NCBI RefSeq assembly: GCF_040938485.1
Contig: NW_027271492.1
Coordinates: forward strand, 558,001 to 622,000
Origin: Diadema antillarum
Lineage: Eukaryota
Direction: 5' to 3'
DNA: 64,000 nt
The position numbers and the translations under genes are program-made. Shown in pieces: positions 63,116 through 64,000 of this stretch (within the stretch, counting starts at the first letter, position 1; every line of letters begins with the position of its first letter). A model generated the notes under the pieces. That model was given only the letters and a program-made list of their open reading frames with translations, was not told the origin of the DNA and ran no database searches.

Positions 63116-64000
63116 TGTGTGTGTGTGTGCCTTTTGTTACGTTTTGTTTATTTTTTTATCTATACAGTATCACATGCCATTTTTGTGCTTTTATACTCTT
63201 CGAAAGAGTGTGACACTTACACTGTAAAAAAAAAAAAATGACATCATCTCTTTGACAATACCGGTCAATTGTTTCTTTTTCCCCCCTCAAGTCTTCTTCC
63301 ATCTGTACTGAAGCTTACTCTTGTCTATTCCACTGCATAAAATATCACTGAACACCCTGAAATGCGCATAATCCACATTACTAAGTACATGTATCTATAT
63401 GTTTCTCCATCTTGACAAACTCAATAGAATGCACTCAGTGACTGATGTATCTCAAATATCAAATATCGTACTCACACAACATTTTTGCAGTTCTCGAAAC
63501 CTCATTGGCGCATTACGTGCTCTGTGATACCAGTGCCAACATGAATTAGCGTGCAATTATCTGCTTATACTTTCCTTTACTCAGCGTCTATGTGAATCAA
63601 TGCTATAACTTGTACAGCATCAACAGTTAGCAATGTACAAAATTTATGAATTTCATATCATTATCAAATTGCACTCTCAAAAGTCAATTTCACAAAAATT
63701 TCCACTGTTGCAGTATATCACAAAAAAATGCACTACTCCTCTCTTTAATCCTTCCTGGGCTTTAAAGTGCTAATCAGCACAAACTCCCCATAACACTGTA
63801 CAAACTGTCCAAAGTTCATGGCACAGCAAAACTGAAAGAAAGAAAGAAAGAAAGAAAGAAAGAAGGCTCTATCATTCCAACCCCTCTTTTTTCCTGCATG
63901 TTTCTGTGAAGGCATTTCATCCCCCCCCCCCCCACTCTAGCACCAAAATCATTGCTGACAACACATCCACAAACTGAGCACTGTGAAACAAGTTATGCAC

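Overview
AT-rich, repeat-dense animal genomic DNA, probably a sea urchin (inferred from an echinoidin-type lectin exon and the repeat families). The core of the window is a minus-strand tandem cluster of four intact six-coding-exon ependymin-related (EPDR) genes. The ORF track shows these only as fragments; I spliced them by hand, and all four give open 231-236 aa secreted proteins with the same intron phases (1,0,1,1,0). They are labelled A (4554-17010), D (26977-35498), B (42544-49063) and C (53294-58140). B and C are recent tandem duplicates, about 84% aa identical by hand alignment. The first coding exon of an echinoidin-like C-type lectin lies at the left edge on the same strand. Introns and spacers hold a near-full-length CR1/L2-group LINE, a 5'-truncated LINE with an uninterrupted RT frame, a 3.3 kb Academ-like foldback element carrying many RFX X-box palindromes, a Sola-type transposase relic, a Helentron-type element, a tRNA-derived SINE and many MITEs. 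There are three N gaps inside gene B. I found no rRNA, true tRNA or CRISPR array. TE superfamily names are assigned from termini, TSDs and motifs only and need database confirmation.
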